Shown here piece after piece: positions 1-8,604 of a stretch of DNA of 64,000 bases. Position 1 is the stretch's first letter. Each line of letters starts with the position of its first letter. The notes under the pieces were generated by a model. That model was not told where the DNA came from. It made no database searches and saw only the letters and a list, made by a program, of their open reading frames with translations. The stretch comes from Verrucomicrobiaceae bacterium (GTDB lineage: Bacteria > Verrucomicrobiota > Verrucomicrobiia > Verrucomicrobiales > Akkermansiaceae), in contig JBPOGH010000010.1 in NCBI GenBank assembly GCA_051252135.1, positions 96,001 to 160,000 of the forward strand, written 5' to 3'. Position numbers and translations under genes: made by a program.

Positions 1-2
1 CA

Positions 3-563
3 CCGGTCCTGCTTGCCATCCCAGCTGTGGCGCAGGATGACGAGGACAAGATTGCCACCGTCGACATGAGTCGACTGGTGAACGACTATTACAAGAGCGC
101 CGAAGCACGCGACACCTTCAAGGAATATCAGACAGATATTCAGAAGCAGGACGGGGAGCGTCTTGAAACCATCAAGGAGCTGGCCCAAGCGGCGCAGAAA
201 CTGCAGCAGGATGCCGAGGACCCGTCGTTGAGTGCGGAGAAGCGGGGCGAGCTTTTTAAGCAGTCGACGTCCAAGCAGCGGGAAGCGCAAGGTTTGCAAG
301 AAGAGCGGATCTCCTGGCTGAAGCGGAAGCAAGCAGCACTGAATGAGAAAGCGGCCATGGAGTTTGGCGATATCCGCAAGGAGCTCATGGAGATTGTCCA
401 GAAGGTGGGTGATGAAGAGGGCTATGATTTCATTTTTGACCGTTCCGGTGCATCCGGTGCGGGGGTAGCGGTCCTAGTTTATACCAAGGATGCGACCGAC
501 CTCACGGGCCTTCTTCTTGAGCGTATCAACAAGGATGCTCCCGAGAAGACGGACGGAGAATAG
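3..563 (+). CDS. OmpH/Skp family periplasmic chaperone (5'-partial)
   Basis: Frame open from the window edge (PVLLAIPAVA|QDD, signal-peptide end); KIATVDM start, long coiled coil, C-terminal GYDFIFD...DLT typical of Skp. Confidence 0.85.
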   Translation, partial: PVLLAIPAVAQDDEDKIATVDMSRLVNDYYKSAEARDTFKEYQTDIQKQDGERLETIKELAQAAQKLQQDAEDPSLSAEKRGELFKQSTSKQREAQGLQEERISWLKRKQAALNEKAAMEFGDIRKELMEIVQKVGDEEGYDFIFDRSGASGAGVAVLVYTKDATDLTGLLLERINKDAPEKTDGE

Positions 564-582
564 AATTTTTCTCCCTTTCAAT

Positions 583-632
583 CCGTGCGCCATTCCCAAT
601 TGAAGCGAGGGAAGTCAGCGCACGGTTTTTTT
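583..632 (+). terminator. Probable intrinsic terminator after skp
   Basis: CCGTGCGC...GCGCACGG stem with inner TTCCC/GGGAA pairing, followed by T7. Confidence 0.6.
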
Positions 633-658
633 GTGCCCGGGTGGAAGGGGTGGCGGGC

Positions 659-1222
659 ATGAAGAGAGCGACCCATTTGGCTCACGACCTTTTGAAAGAG
701 GTGGTTGGACGAGGGGACGCCGTGATCGATGCGACCGCCGGCAACGGGCACGACTCTCTTTTTCTGGCGGAATTGGTGGGGGAGGAGGGAGAGGTGCACG
801 CGTTTGATATTCAGGAAGCGGCTCTGGACGCGACCCGATCCCGGCTTGAGGAGGCCCGGCGGGGTGACTGCCTGAAGACCTACCTGGAGAGTCACGCAAA
901 GTTGGCGGGGATGGTTCCGTCCGCGAAGGCGGTGATGTTCAATCTCGGGTATCTTCCGGGTGCGGATCAGGGGGTGATCACCCGGAGTGATTCCACGCTG
1001 GAGGCGCTTGAGGGGGCAGTGGAGATTCTTGAGCCCGGAGGGGTGATCACGTGTGTCTGTTATCCCGGGCACCCGGGAGGCCTGGACGAGGCGGAAGCGG
1101 TTCTCGGTTGGGCGGAGAGTTGTGGTGAGCGGGGAGAGGTCATCCTGGCCAACGAAAAAGACCGTCACGAAGGACGGCCTTTTTTGGTTGGATTTCGGAA
1201 CGTCCGAGAAATTAGAGGCTGA
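659..1222 (+). CDS. Class I SAM-dependent methyltransferase, YtqB/MnmM-like
   Basis: VIDATAGNGHDSLFLA, AFDIQ, MFNLGYLPG, YPGHPGG motifs; ATG at 659. Confidence 0.8.
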   Translation: MKRATHLAHDLLKEVVGRGDAVIDATAGNGHDSLFLAELVGEEGEVHAFDIQEAALDATRSRLEEARRGDCLKTYLESHAKLAGMVPSAKAVMFNLGYLPGADQGVITRSDSTLEALEGAVEILEPGGVITCVCYPGHPGGLDEAEAVLGWAESCGERGEVILANEKDRHEGRPFLVGFRNVREIRG

Positions 1223-1649
1223 AGAGCTCGCCTTCGTTGAAGAAGCGCTTGAGTTCGGCCACGGCAGTCTCGGGACCATCGGAGGCGTGACAGACGTTGC
1301 GCATTTTGGAGTCACCGGACTTGTCGCCAAAGTCACCGCGGATGGTTCCGGCAGCAGCAGTGGTGGAGTCGGTGGGTCCGAGGAGGTCGCGGACGCGGGC
1401 GATGACATTGTCACCGGCGAGAGCCAAGGCAACGACGGGGGTCTCCTGCATGAATCCGCGGACGGAGGGGAAGAAGGGCATGTCGGCGATGTGTGCGTAG
1501 TGCTCGGCGAGGATTTCGTCCGAGAGCGCCATCATTTTGATGCCACGGATGGTGAATCCCTCGTCCTGGAATCGGGTGAGGACCTTACCGACGAGATTTT
1601 TTGCAACCGCGTCGGGTTTGAAGAGAATGAGAGAGGTTTCTTGAGCCAT
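1212..1649 (-). CDS. ndk: Nucleoside diphosphate kinase
   Basis: LILFKPDAV, GTIRGDFG, RNVCHASD (catalytic His); start MAQETS at 1649. Confidence 0.97.
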   Translation of the reverse strand: MAQETSLILFKPDAVAKNLVGKVLTRFQDEGFTIRGIKMMALSDEILAEHYAHIADMPFFPSVRGFMQETPVVALALAGDNVIARVRDLLGPTDSTTAAAGTIRGDFGDKSGDSKMRNVCHASDGPETAVAELKRFFNEGELFSL

Positions 1650-1693
1650 ATGAAGGCGTAGATAAGCGGAGCCTTTCCCCAGTGTCAATACTG

Positions 1694-2248
1694 TCAAAGG
1701 CCAAGTCTGATCTGAAGAAGGCCGTCTTTTACGCCGATCTCCTGAACGAGGAGCCTGGCGGTCTGGCCCTTGAGATCCTCATCCTTAAGGTGGTAGACCG
1801 GTTGATCGTTGAGGTATTTTTGGATCAGGAGGGTTGCGGCGAGAGAGACTTCCTCACGATATTTTTCGGGAAGTTTTTCGGTGTCGAATTTTTCGATGAT
1901 GGCCTTGTTGAAGCGGAGGGATTGGTCAGAGGGCTCGTAGCGGATGGCGCAACTGATGGTGGCGGTGGCATCGTATTGCGCGATGAAGGCGTTGACGTTG
2001 GCCCCGAGTGAGACGCGGACGCGGTCGGAGTTGGGAACGAGTTCGACATCGGGGGTGTCGATTGTGAGAGGAAGAATCCCTTGGATCAGTTCGGTGCGCG
2101 GGAACTCCTCCCCGAGTTTGGCTTCGAGTTCGGCTTCGGTGAAGGTGAGGAGAATTCCGTCTTTGCTTTGAAGTTTTTGCCAGATGGTCCACCCGCCGAG
2201 GAGGAGTCCGATCGCGGCAATGGCCAAAATGATTCTAAAAAGCTTCAT
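1694..2248 (-). CDS. Membrane-anchored hypothetical protein, DUF1439-like
   Basis: N-terminal TM helix, LTFTEAELEAKLGEEFP, C-terminal QPVYHL...IGVKDGLLQIRL pattern. Confidence 0.55.
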   Translation of the reverse strand: MKLFRIILAIAAIGLLLGGWTIWQKLQSKDGILLTFTEAELEAKLGEEFPRTELIQGILPLTIDTPDVELVPNSDRVRVSLGANVNAFIAQYDATATISCAIRYEPSDQSLRFNKAIIEKFDTEKLPEKYREEVSLAATLLIQKYLNDQPVYHLKDEDLKGQTARLLVQEIGVKDGLLQIRLGL

Positions 2249-2329
2249 GCATCAGTATTCGGGAAAAGGAGGTCTGCGGCAATCATGCTATCTGCGGAGA
2301 GGGTGTTTTGAGGGTAATCCTAAGAACAT

Positions 2330-2381
2330 TGGTATTATGAACAGTTTTTAGTTGACGGAATGGTGTTCACTTGTCCATTCT
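2330..2381 (+). promoter_or_regulatory. recA promoter with putative LexA boxes
   Basis: TTGACG (2352-2357) and CATTCT (2376-2381); imperfect TGTTC-N4-GAACA boxes TGGTATTATGAACA (2330-2343) and TGTTCACTTGTCCA (2364-2377). Confidence 0.55.
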
Positions 2382-2409
2382 CTGTTCAGAAACAAAAGAG
2401 AATATTGTC

Positions 2410-3498
2410 ATGAGTACCACCGCCAGTAAAACTTCCGTCATGTCCGAAAAGAAAGCCAAAGGTCCTGCCGCTGCGGCAGCCGATAAAGGAGCTGATAAGA
2501 TCGCAGAAGCCCGTAAAAAGAATCTCGATCTTGCGATTACCCAGATTCAAAAGGATTTTGGTGAAGCGGCAATTATGCGTCTTGGAGACGACAAGCGGAT
2601 GGATGTGGATTCCATTCCCACGGGCAATTTGTTGATTGATCGTGCGTTGGGAGTGGGCGGTTTTCCCCGTGGGCGGATTGTGGAAGTGTTTGGGCCTGAA
2701 TCGTCGGGTAAGACGACTTTGACCCTTACGGTAATCGCGCAAGCGCAGAAGGCGGGTGGTCTCGCGGCCTTCGTGGATGTGGAACACGCTTTGGATCCGC
2801 AATACGCCAAGCGTCTGGGGGTGAATCTTGATGATTTGTTGATTTCCCAACCTTCTTCCGGTGAGGAGGCTCTTCAGATTGTGGAAACGCTTGTGCGTTC
2901 CAATGCTCTTGATGTGGTGGTGCTGGACTCGGTTGCGGCGTTGGTGACGAAGCAGGAATTGGCGGGAGAAATTGGAGATTCGACGGTGGGGACGCAGGCC
3001 CGACTGATGAGTGCGGCGATGCGGAAGCTCACCGGATTCATTTCCAAGGCCCAGACGACTTGTATCTTTACGAACCAGATTCGTGAGAAGATCGGGGTGA
3101 TGTTTGGAAGCCCCGAGACGACTCCGGGTGGTCGTGCGCTCAAGTTCTTCTCGTCGGTCCGTGTGGATATCCGCCGGATTGGACAAATCAAAGCCACCGA
3201 TGGCACGGTGCAGGGAAGTCGCACCAAGGTGAAGATCGTGAAGAACAAGGTGGCGGCGCCATTCCGGGAAGCGGAGTTCGACATCATGTATAACGAAGGA
3301 ATTTCCTCAGTGGGATCGCTTCTCGATCTGGCGCTTGAGTTCGACATCGTGCAGAAGCGCGGTAGCTGGTTCAGCTATGACGGTAACCAGTTGGCCCAGG
3401 GACGGGATGGGGCCAAGGAGGCGCTGAAGGCGAGTGATGAACTTTATCTTGAGATTGAGGGTAAGGTGAAGGAGAAGCTGGCTGAGACTCCTGACTAG
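2410..3498 (+). CDS. recA: Recombinase RecA
   Basis: GPESSGKTT Walker [33 protein letters not shown]; start at 2410 or 2440. Confidence 0.99.
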   Translation: MSTTASKTSVMSEKKAKGPAAAAADKGADKIAEARKKNLDLAITQIQKDFGEAAIMRLGDDKRMDVDSIPTGNLLIDRALGVGGFPRGRIVEVFGPESSGKTTLTLTVIAQAQKAGGLAAFVDVEHALDPQYAKRLGVNLDDLLISQPSSGEEALQIVETLVRSNALDVVVLDSVAALVTKQELAGEIGDSTVGTQARLMSAAMRKLTGFISKAQTTCIFTNQIREKIGVMFGSPETTPGGRALKFFSSVRVDIRRIGQIKATDGTVQGSRTKVKIVKNKVAAPFREAEFDIMYNEGISSVGSLLDLALEFDIVQKRGSWFSYDGNQLAQGRDGAKEALKASDELYLEIEGKVKEKLAETPD

Positions 3499-3924
3499 GC
3501 AAGCACTGCTTCAAGATGAAGCACGCTGAACGGTTTCATGGGTTTTTTAGCTAGGGAAGCTTCGCTTCCGAGGTGGCAGGAGCTGCAGCCCTTTTGGCGA
3601 CTGGCGGCGTTGCTCAGGGAGCCGCTGATCATCAGCGTCACCCTTTGCGCCTTGCCAGACTTCAAAATGACTTGCAGCAGCGAACTCCCTCTTTCATCAG
3701 CGCTTCCCTAGGGAAACCCTGATTCAAGATGAAGCCCGCTGAAAGGTGTGATGGATTTTTGAGCCAAGGAAGCTTCGCTTCCGAGGTGAGAGGAGCTGCA
3801 GCCCTTTTGGATTCTGGCGGCGTTGCTCAGGGAGCCGCTGATCATCAGCGTCGCCCTTCGCGCCTTGCCAGGCTTCAAAATGACTTGCAGCAGCGAACTC
3901 CCTCTTGAATCAGCGCTTTCCTAG
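3495..3924. mobile_element. Two tandem copies of a 209-bp MITE, CTAG-delimited (period 213 bp)
   Basis: CTAG at 3495, 3708 and 3921; imperfect terminal inverted repeats GGAAACACTGATTCAAGA...TCTTGAATCAGCGCTTCC; near-identical to copies at 29015-29444. Confidence 0.85.
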
Positions 3925-3947
3925 AATTTGAAAGGTGGTCTTTTGGG

Positions 3948-3982
3948 AAGCCGGTTCTGCTAAGGCAGGGCCGGCTTTTTTT
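3948..3982 (+). terminator. Intrinsic terminator of recA, lying downstream of the MITE pair
   Basis: AAGCCGGTTCTGC-TAAG-GCAGGGCCGGCTT stem followed by a T run. Confidence 0.75.
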
Positions 3983-4313
3983 GGGTACGAAAATGATCGG
4001 AGTTTGAATGTCGGGTTAGGGGCGACGGTTTTGGAAGTCGGGGATGGATGGGGATGGTCTTGGGCGGGGGGCGATGATTTTGAGAGTGGTGGGGAGGGGA
4101 GCTGTTTTTTTGGGGTGGGAGGGGTTGGGAGGGGCATGGGTTTTTTGTGGAATTGAGGGGGCCGGGCTAGTGGGGGGATGGTCTTGGGGTGTCGGGTTGA
4201 TGGGGTCGGGGTAGGGATGGCGGAGGTGAGGTTGGCTTTTGGGGGGGAGGGGGGGATTCCTGTCCATATTATGGGTGGTCTCGTAGGGGGAAATGTGGGA
4301 GTTTGGGGGTGCG

Positions 4314-4802
4314 ATGATCGACATGCTTGTGCGACTTTACGATTTGCCGGATTCGGCGGGTCTTTATCAGCGGGTGGCGGATGGGGGGATTACCCTTCGG
4401 AGGCCGGGGGCGTATGAGAAGCATTTGGTGGAGAACTTTGTGCGGGAGCATTTTTCGCCGAAGTGGGTGAGTGAGGTGCAGGTGGCGTTTTCGCGCCAGC
4501 CGATCACGTGTTTCATTGCGACGAAGGATAAGAAGATTTTGGGGTTTGCGTGCTGTGAGACGACGGCGAAGGGATATTTTGGTCCGACGGGGGTGGCGGA
4601 AGCAGCGCGGGGGACGGGGATTGGGAAGGCCTTGCTTTTTAAGGCGCTGGAGGCGCTGCGGGACAACGGGTATGCTTATGGGTTTATCGGAGGAGTGGGG
4701 CCGAAGGAGTTTTATGCGAAGGCGGTGGGGGCGGTGGAAATTCCGGGTAGCGATCCGGGCGTTTACGTCGATATTCTGCCCGAACCCCCTCAAGAATCGT
4801 GA
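4314..4802 (+). CDS. GNAT family N-acetyltransferase
   Basis: FGPTGVAEAARGTGIGKALL acetyl-CoA-binding motif A, then FY..G; start MIDMLV. Confidence 0.85.
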   Translation: MIDMLVRLYDLPDSAGLYQRVADGGITLRRPGAYEKHLVENFVREHFSPKWVSEVQVAFSRQPITCFIATKDKKILGFACCETTAKGYFGPTGVAEAARGTGIGKALLFKALEALRDNGYAYGFIGGVGPKEFYAKAVGAVEIPGSDPGVYVDILPEPPQES

Positions 4803-5479
4803 CCGGACAAGACCCGAACTTCGTTAAAGGCGCCTTTGCCAAGATTGCCGACCGTTATGTGCTGACCAATCATGTGCTGAGCGCGGGGACGGATATTTTG
4901 TGGCGGAAGAAGGTGGGCCGGATGGTGGCGAAGTGGGATCCGGAGAGTATTCTGGATGTGGCGACGGGGACGGGAGATTTGGCGCTGGAGTTGCAGAAGC
5001 GGTGTCCGGACGCGCGGATGCTGGGGACGGATTTTTGTCCGGAGATGCTGGCGCATGCGACGAAGGCGGGGGTGAAGGAGACGGAGGTGGCGGATGCGAT
5101 GAATTTGCGGTTTGGGGACGGGGAGTTTGAGTTGGTGACGGTGGCCTTTGGGCTGCGGAATATGTCGAACTGGGCGGATGCGGTGAAAGAGATGCGGCGG
5201 GTGATCCAACCGGGCGGGCATCTGCTGGTGCTGGATTTTTCGCTGCCCGAAGGGATGTTGGCGAAGCCGTATGAATTTTATCTCAATAAAGTGCTGCCGA
5301 AGATGGCGGGCGTGTTGACGGGACAGCGGGAGGCTTACGAGTATCTCGCGGGGTCGATCGGGGAGTTTCCGAAGGGGGAGGCGATGCTAGATTTGTTCCG
5401 CGATGCGGGATTGGGGGAGACGAGCTGGACGCCGTTGAGCGGGGGGATTGCTTCGATTTATACGGGGCGGGTGGGGTAG
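4799..5479 (+). CDS. ubiE: UbiE/MenG family C-methyltransferase
   Basis: F..IA.RY...NHVLS.G.D..WR, LDVATGTGD, VAFGLRN, YEYLAGSI..FP. Confidence 0.9.
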   Translation: MTGQDPNFVKGAFAKIADRYVLTNHVLSAGTDILWRKKVGRMVAKWDPESILDVATGTGDLALELQKRCPDARMLGTDFCPEMLAHATKAGVKETEVADAMNLRFGDGEFELVTVAFGLRNMSNWADAVKEMRRVIQPGGHLLVLDFSLPEGMLAKPYEFYLNKVLPKMAGVLTGQREAYEYLAGSIGEFPKGEAMLDLFRDAGLGETSWTPLSGGIASIYTGRVG

Positions 5480-5774
5480 GGAGGATTTTGTGAATGGGGT
5501 GAAGGATGAGGAGGCGCGGACTGCAAGCTTCTAAAGCGAGTGGGCAAGAGTTGATCGGGACGGCTACGGGGGGTAAGTGGTAATCTGATTTCCGTTGGTG
5601 GGTTGCTGTCCCAACGGCCCGAAAGGGACCAATGGATAGCAAGTGGCGAATTGGAACCGCCGTGCTACAGCCGAGCGAAGCGAGACTGACTCCCATCGGG
5701 AGCCCGCAGAATGAGAAGAGCGAATCAAACCCGTTTGGGCGGTGGTGTGTTTGGCGGTAGTGAGAATCTTCTGT

Positions 5775-6572
5775 CTACCCGATTATGTCCCGTGCGTTCT
5801 GACCGGTTAGTTCGGTAGATGCTCGGACTTCGTCAAACTCGTTTTTGATCCGTTGCCTCTCCTCATTCTCGAAGTTCTCAAACTTCAGTTGCTCAAAGGC
5901 CTTTGGATTTCGCTCGCAGTGATAGAAATAGTGCTTCATTTTTCGTTTTTTCTCACTTTCCTCCAACTCTCTAGCGGATTGCGGTTGTTTCCCGAAAAGG
6001 CGAAGCCCCGTCATGGTCGCTTTCCCGAGACTGTAGATCAGAACCACTGCCCCAATAGCCGGGCTAGCCCATCCTAGGAGCGCGACCGATGCGGGAACAA
6101 CAACGAGCCAGACGAAAAGTAATCCTACGGCGATACTGATTCCGCGTCTGTGTTCTACCGCATCCTTCTCAAAGTCATCGGTTGTTTTGAAAGGGATCTC
6201 CGAGAAAACCTCTTTCCAATGATGTAGTTTCATTTGAGCACATGGAAGTTCGTGTTCTTGGATCATGCCCCAAGTCTTCTTCAGGCCATCGGCTGAGCGG
6301 AATCCCATAAAGTGACTCGAACCTGTTGAATCTTCTAAATCGATCAAATCTCCCTTGGAATCAAACGCCGAAACCATAGTTGGTACTTCGAACCGTCGGA
6401 TCCAATATTCAAACTCAGCAGCCATCGTCTCACCGACATTTTCCAGACTCTGTTCTTGAGTCCAAATCAGTTGCACGAGGGCAAATGAAATTGAGTTTTC
6501 CGACGGCGGGTAATACTCAACAAAGTAGCCCTCCCGCGCCTCTTTAATTGTGTTCCACTTTATCTTAGACAT
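5775..6572 (-). CDS. Hypothetical membrane protein (cassette-like gene 3)
   Basis: 265-aa ORF with two adjacent hydrophobic helices; AT-richer than flanking genes. Confidence 0.7.
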   Translation of the reverse strand: MSKIKWNTIKEAREGYFVEYYPPSENSISFALVQLIWTQEQSLENVGETMAAEFEYWIRRFEVPTMVSAFDSKGDLIDLEDSTGSSHFMGFRSADGLKKTWGMIQEHELPCAQMKLHHWKEVFSEIPFKTTDDFEKDAVEHRRGISIAVGLLFVWLVVVPASVALLGWASPAIGAVVLIYSLGKATMTGLRLFGKQPQSARELEESEKKRKMKHYFYHCERNPKAFEQLKFENFENEERQRIKNEFDEVRASTELTGQNARDIIG

Positions 6573-6742
6573 GACTGAAGTCCTAATTTAGAACGACTAG
6601 AAAACCACCATACTAAGGTAATCGCCATTACAAGTTGTTCGTCAAATTATAGTCAGTTAGACGGTAAAATTTTTCACTTTATGTTTGAGTGCACTCATTC
6701 GCAGAGCGCGTTGATTTTTCAACGCAGAATCTTGTTCGCCTT

Positions 6743-7210
6743 TTATATTTGGAGGTCACGTTTCGCCAGTTTACGAACCTCGGCTAAGGCTGATCTGAAG
6801 TGTTTGCTCTCCTCCTCGTAAACTTCCCACGGGGCGTTTTCTTCCCAACTGAGTTTTGGACGTTTTCTAAGATTCTGAAGAACGCTTGCCGCTTCATCTG
6901 AAATTACGAAACCGCCAATGTCTGTTGCTCGCTCAATCCGCCAGTGCGCCTCGCTGTATGCCTGATGAAACTCAGCCTTCTTCGGATGGTCTGCCTCGGT
7001 CATAAATAGGTACGCCTCAGCCGTGATATCGAAGTAGCGAATGATCGCGTAAAGCGCCTCGACGATCTCGGTATATGCCTGCTCCTTTCGCTCCCACCAC
7101 CGCTGCTGGAATGCACGTCGAGTGGCCCATAGAGCAGACAAGTAGGCCGCTCCCACAGCAGTGAACAATCCAATCGAAGAAGGAATCAGTATCTTGGCCC
7201 AATCAGACAT
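6743..7210 (-). CDS. Hypothetical protein with N-terminal TM helix (cassette-like gene 2b)
   Basis: Start MSDWAKIL at 7210, TM segment then QRWWERKEQAY helical domain. Confidence 0.7.
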   Translation of the reverse strand: MSDWAKILIPSSIGLFTAVGAAYLSALWATRRAFQQRWWERKEQAYTEIVEALYAIIRYFDITAEAYLFMTEADHPKKAEFHQAYSEAHWRIERATDIGGFVISDEAASVLQNLRKRPKLSWEENAPWEVYEEESKHFRSALAEVRKLAKRDLQI

Positions 7211-7218
7211 AAGCGTAA

Positions 7219-7527
7219 TCAATTTCCGAGGTAGCGGCGGCAGCAATCGAGGATGAATTGGCAATTGTGACTGAGATCCGCGTGACCGTCTCGATCATAG
7301 AGCTGCTGCACTTCGGTAACCTTCTTGGCGATGTAGGTCCACCCTACCGCTGTGATCTCATCGACGGCGTTGATCTTCTGGATCGTAAGTAGATGTTTTA
7401 CTGCCTTTCGGATGTGCGATGCTGAAAGATTGGTCCACTGCGGGTCATAGCGCCGAAGAGCATCTTCAATATTGCCTACGAAGAATTCGGTCTCCTTGAC
7501 TCGCTTCCACTTTAATAGAAAGCCCAT
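7219..7527 (-). CDS. Hypothetical protein (cassette-like gene 2a)
   Basis: 102-aa ORF ending 8 nt upstream of the next gene. Confidence 0.55.
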   Translation of the reverse strand: MGFLLKWKRVKETEFFVGNIEDALRRYDPQWTNLSASHIRKAVKHLLTIQKINAVDEITAVGWTYIAKKVTEVQQLYDRDGHADLSHNCQFILDCCRRYLGN

Positions 7528-7549
7528 AGTATTGTCTGATTCGTCTTGT

Positions 7550-7651
7550 GGCGAAGATTAGAGTGTATGCGCGACTGAGCGAAGATTAAAACTCCGAATT
7601 TGAAAACAAACGCCTAGAGCGAGAGAGGTCGTATCCCACGGGTGGTTCTCC
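7550..7651 (-). other. Degenerate attC-like recombination site
   Basis: Minus strand: GGAGAAC overlapping the TAG stop, 5-nt spacer, GTGGGATACGAC...GTCGCGCATACAC imperfect arms, 6-nt spacer, CTTCGCC (GTT mutated). Confidence 0.5.
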
Positions 7652-8148
7652 TAGAGTTTGTGCTTAGTTCTCAGTTCGGACTTCACTTGTGTGGCGTCAT
7701 AAACGCGACCAACATGCCCCGAAGGTTGTTTAGTAAAGCACTTAATCAGAATCGCCGATCCGGGCTTATAAACGGGAGTTACTGACGGCGTGTAAGTCGT
7801 ATAGCCGCTATACGAACCAAACCCCCCGTAATTAGAAGCTGTTCCTGTCGTGTATGAGCTGCCGCCTGTATCGACATAATCAGTAGACGACATGTCCTCT
7901 TTCCCTAGAATGGAGAAATACCTAAACTGATGCTCAAGCGTAACTTCTGCGGCACGAAGCATTGCGAAATCCTTTGCCTTTTTAGGATCAGTGAATCCAT
8001 TGCCCAAAAAACCTACTGCGAAAACGTCTTTAGCTTTCCGCTTGAACATGTGTCCTCCTGCCGCTGAATCACCAACTTCCTGGTATGGAGTAGAACATGA
8101 AACGCTTGCGATAACCGCTGCGGATAAAAGGAGTAAATAAAATTTCAT
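7651..8148 (-). CDS. Lipoprotein, CC0125/CC1285-like (cassette-like gene 1)
   Basis: Lipobox SVSC, then STPYQ, F.GNGFT, AMLRAAEVTLEHQFRYF. Confidence 0.75.
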   Translation of the reverse strand: MKFYLLLLSAAVIASVSCSTPYQEVGDSAAGGHMFKRKAKDVFAVGFLGNGFTDPKKAKDFAMLRAAEVTLEHQFRYFSILGKEDMSSTDYVDTGGSSYTTGTASNYGGFGSYSGYTTYTPSVTPVYKPGSAILIKCFTKQPSGHVGRVYDATQVKSELRTKHKL

Positions 8149-8604
8149 CGTGATTATTTTGAGGAGAACAGGGTTTCTTAGTTCACCGGATTCTAGGTTC
8201 GCTCACTCATTTCTGGAAGTGTAAAATGGTTTCCTTCTATGAGGGTTCTCAGCGGTAGAGGGTTATTGGGGATGTTTTTTATTGTTGATTGTGAATGTTT
8301 TTAGGGTGTTGGTATTTTTGAGGGAGTCTGATCTGCGGTTGCTGGGTCATCCTGAAAAATTTGTGAACTTGATTGTCTGGTGTGCTTCGTGCGGCTTGCG
8401 TTGGCCAGATGTTTGCCCCAGTTGATCTTCGGTTCCGGGGTGTTCCGGTTGGCTTGTTGTTCTTGGTGTTTCCGGTATCGTTGTGAGACTTTTAATTTTG
8501 AGGTGATCCGGTCGGGTTATAGGATGGGGGGACCTTTCTGATTTGTGATGGGTTGGAGGGGCTTTTGGGGTTTTTCGGGTGAGGGGAAAATGATATGAGA
8601 AGGG

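Noticed and set aside
3495..3924. Tandem repeats as a possible CRISPR array
   Set aside because: Units are 213 bp, similar along their whole length, with no unique spacers and no cas genes.
5480..5774. Possible ncRNA or riboswitch after ubiE (hairpins GGCCCGAAAGGGAC and CTCCCATCGGGAG)
   Set aside because: Only short scattered hairpins between convergent genes. They are more likely decayed repeats, and I recognise no family motif.
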